This document shows positions 63,784-64,000 of a stretch of DNA of 64,000 bases, piece by piece. How positions within the stretch are numbered: the first letter of the stretch is position 1; the number at the start of each line of letters is the position of its first letter. Under the pieces are notes generated by a model that was given only the letters and a program-made list of their open reading frames with translations, had not been told where the DNA came from and made no database searches. The translations under genes and the position numbers were made by a program. This DNA is from the human T2T-CHM13v2.0 reference genome, Homo sapiens: the NCBI RefSeq assembly GCF_009914755.1, contig NC_060933.1; one strand, 5' to 3'.

Positions 63784-64000
63784 TGATATTGTTTGGCTCG
63801 GTGTCCCAAACAAATTCTCATTGCAAATTGTAATCCCCATGATCCCCACATGTCAAGGGAGGGACCACATGAGAGAGGTGATTGGATCATAGGGTTGGTT
63901 TCCCCCATGCTGTTCTAGTGATAGTGAGTGAGTTCTCATGGTTCTGATGGTTTTATTAAGTGTTGTTTGACAGTTCCCCCTTCATGTGCTCTTTATTGCC
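63784..64000 (+). mobile_element. THE1D-like 3' LTR (cut by window edge)
   Basis: tgatattgtttggct...aattgtaatcccc...tttcccccatgctgttct...gatagtgagtgagttctca. Confidence 0.88.

Overview
AT-rich, CpG-depleted catarrhine primate (most likely human) intronic or intergenic DNA. It has no recognisable protein-coding gene, RNA gene, CpG island or prokaryotic-type system. Roughly half the window is a layered record of transposable elements, assigned by eye against recalled consensus sequences, so subfamily calls and old-element boundaries are approximate. Ancient elements include L2, MIR, HAL1, L1MC/MD/ME, MLT1, LTR33, MER5 and MER44. Younger elements include AluJ/S/Y, L1PA7/8, L1MA, MER11A and LTR1 solo LTRs, and a THE1D int+LTR at the right edge. 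Many ORFs in the supplied track are Alu, L1 or LTR translations; the rest match no protein I recognise and look like chance ORFs. The most unusual structures are: (i) a TSD-flanked L1MA made only of 5'UTR joined to its 3' tail; (ii) a tailless Alu with an apparent TSD; (iii) an AluSp insertion with a target-site deletion; (iv) a micro-scale duplication-inversion-duplication scar; (v) a near full-length L1MC and a long HAL1; (vi) unverified splice-signal-bounded exon candidates on both strands, including a 19-nt micro-exon with strong splice signals. I cannot support a claim of a novel biological system from sequence alone.
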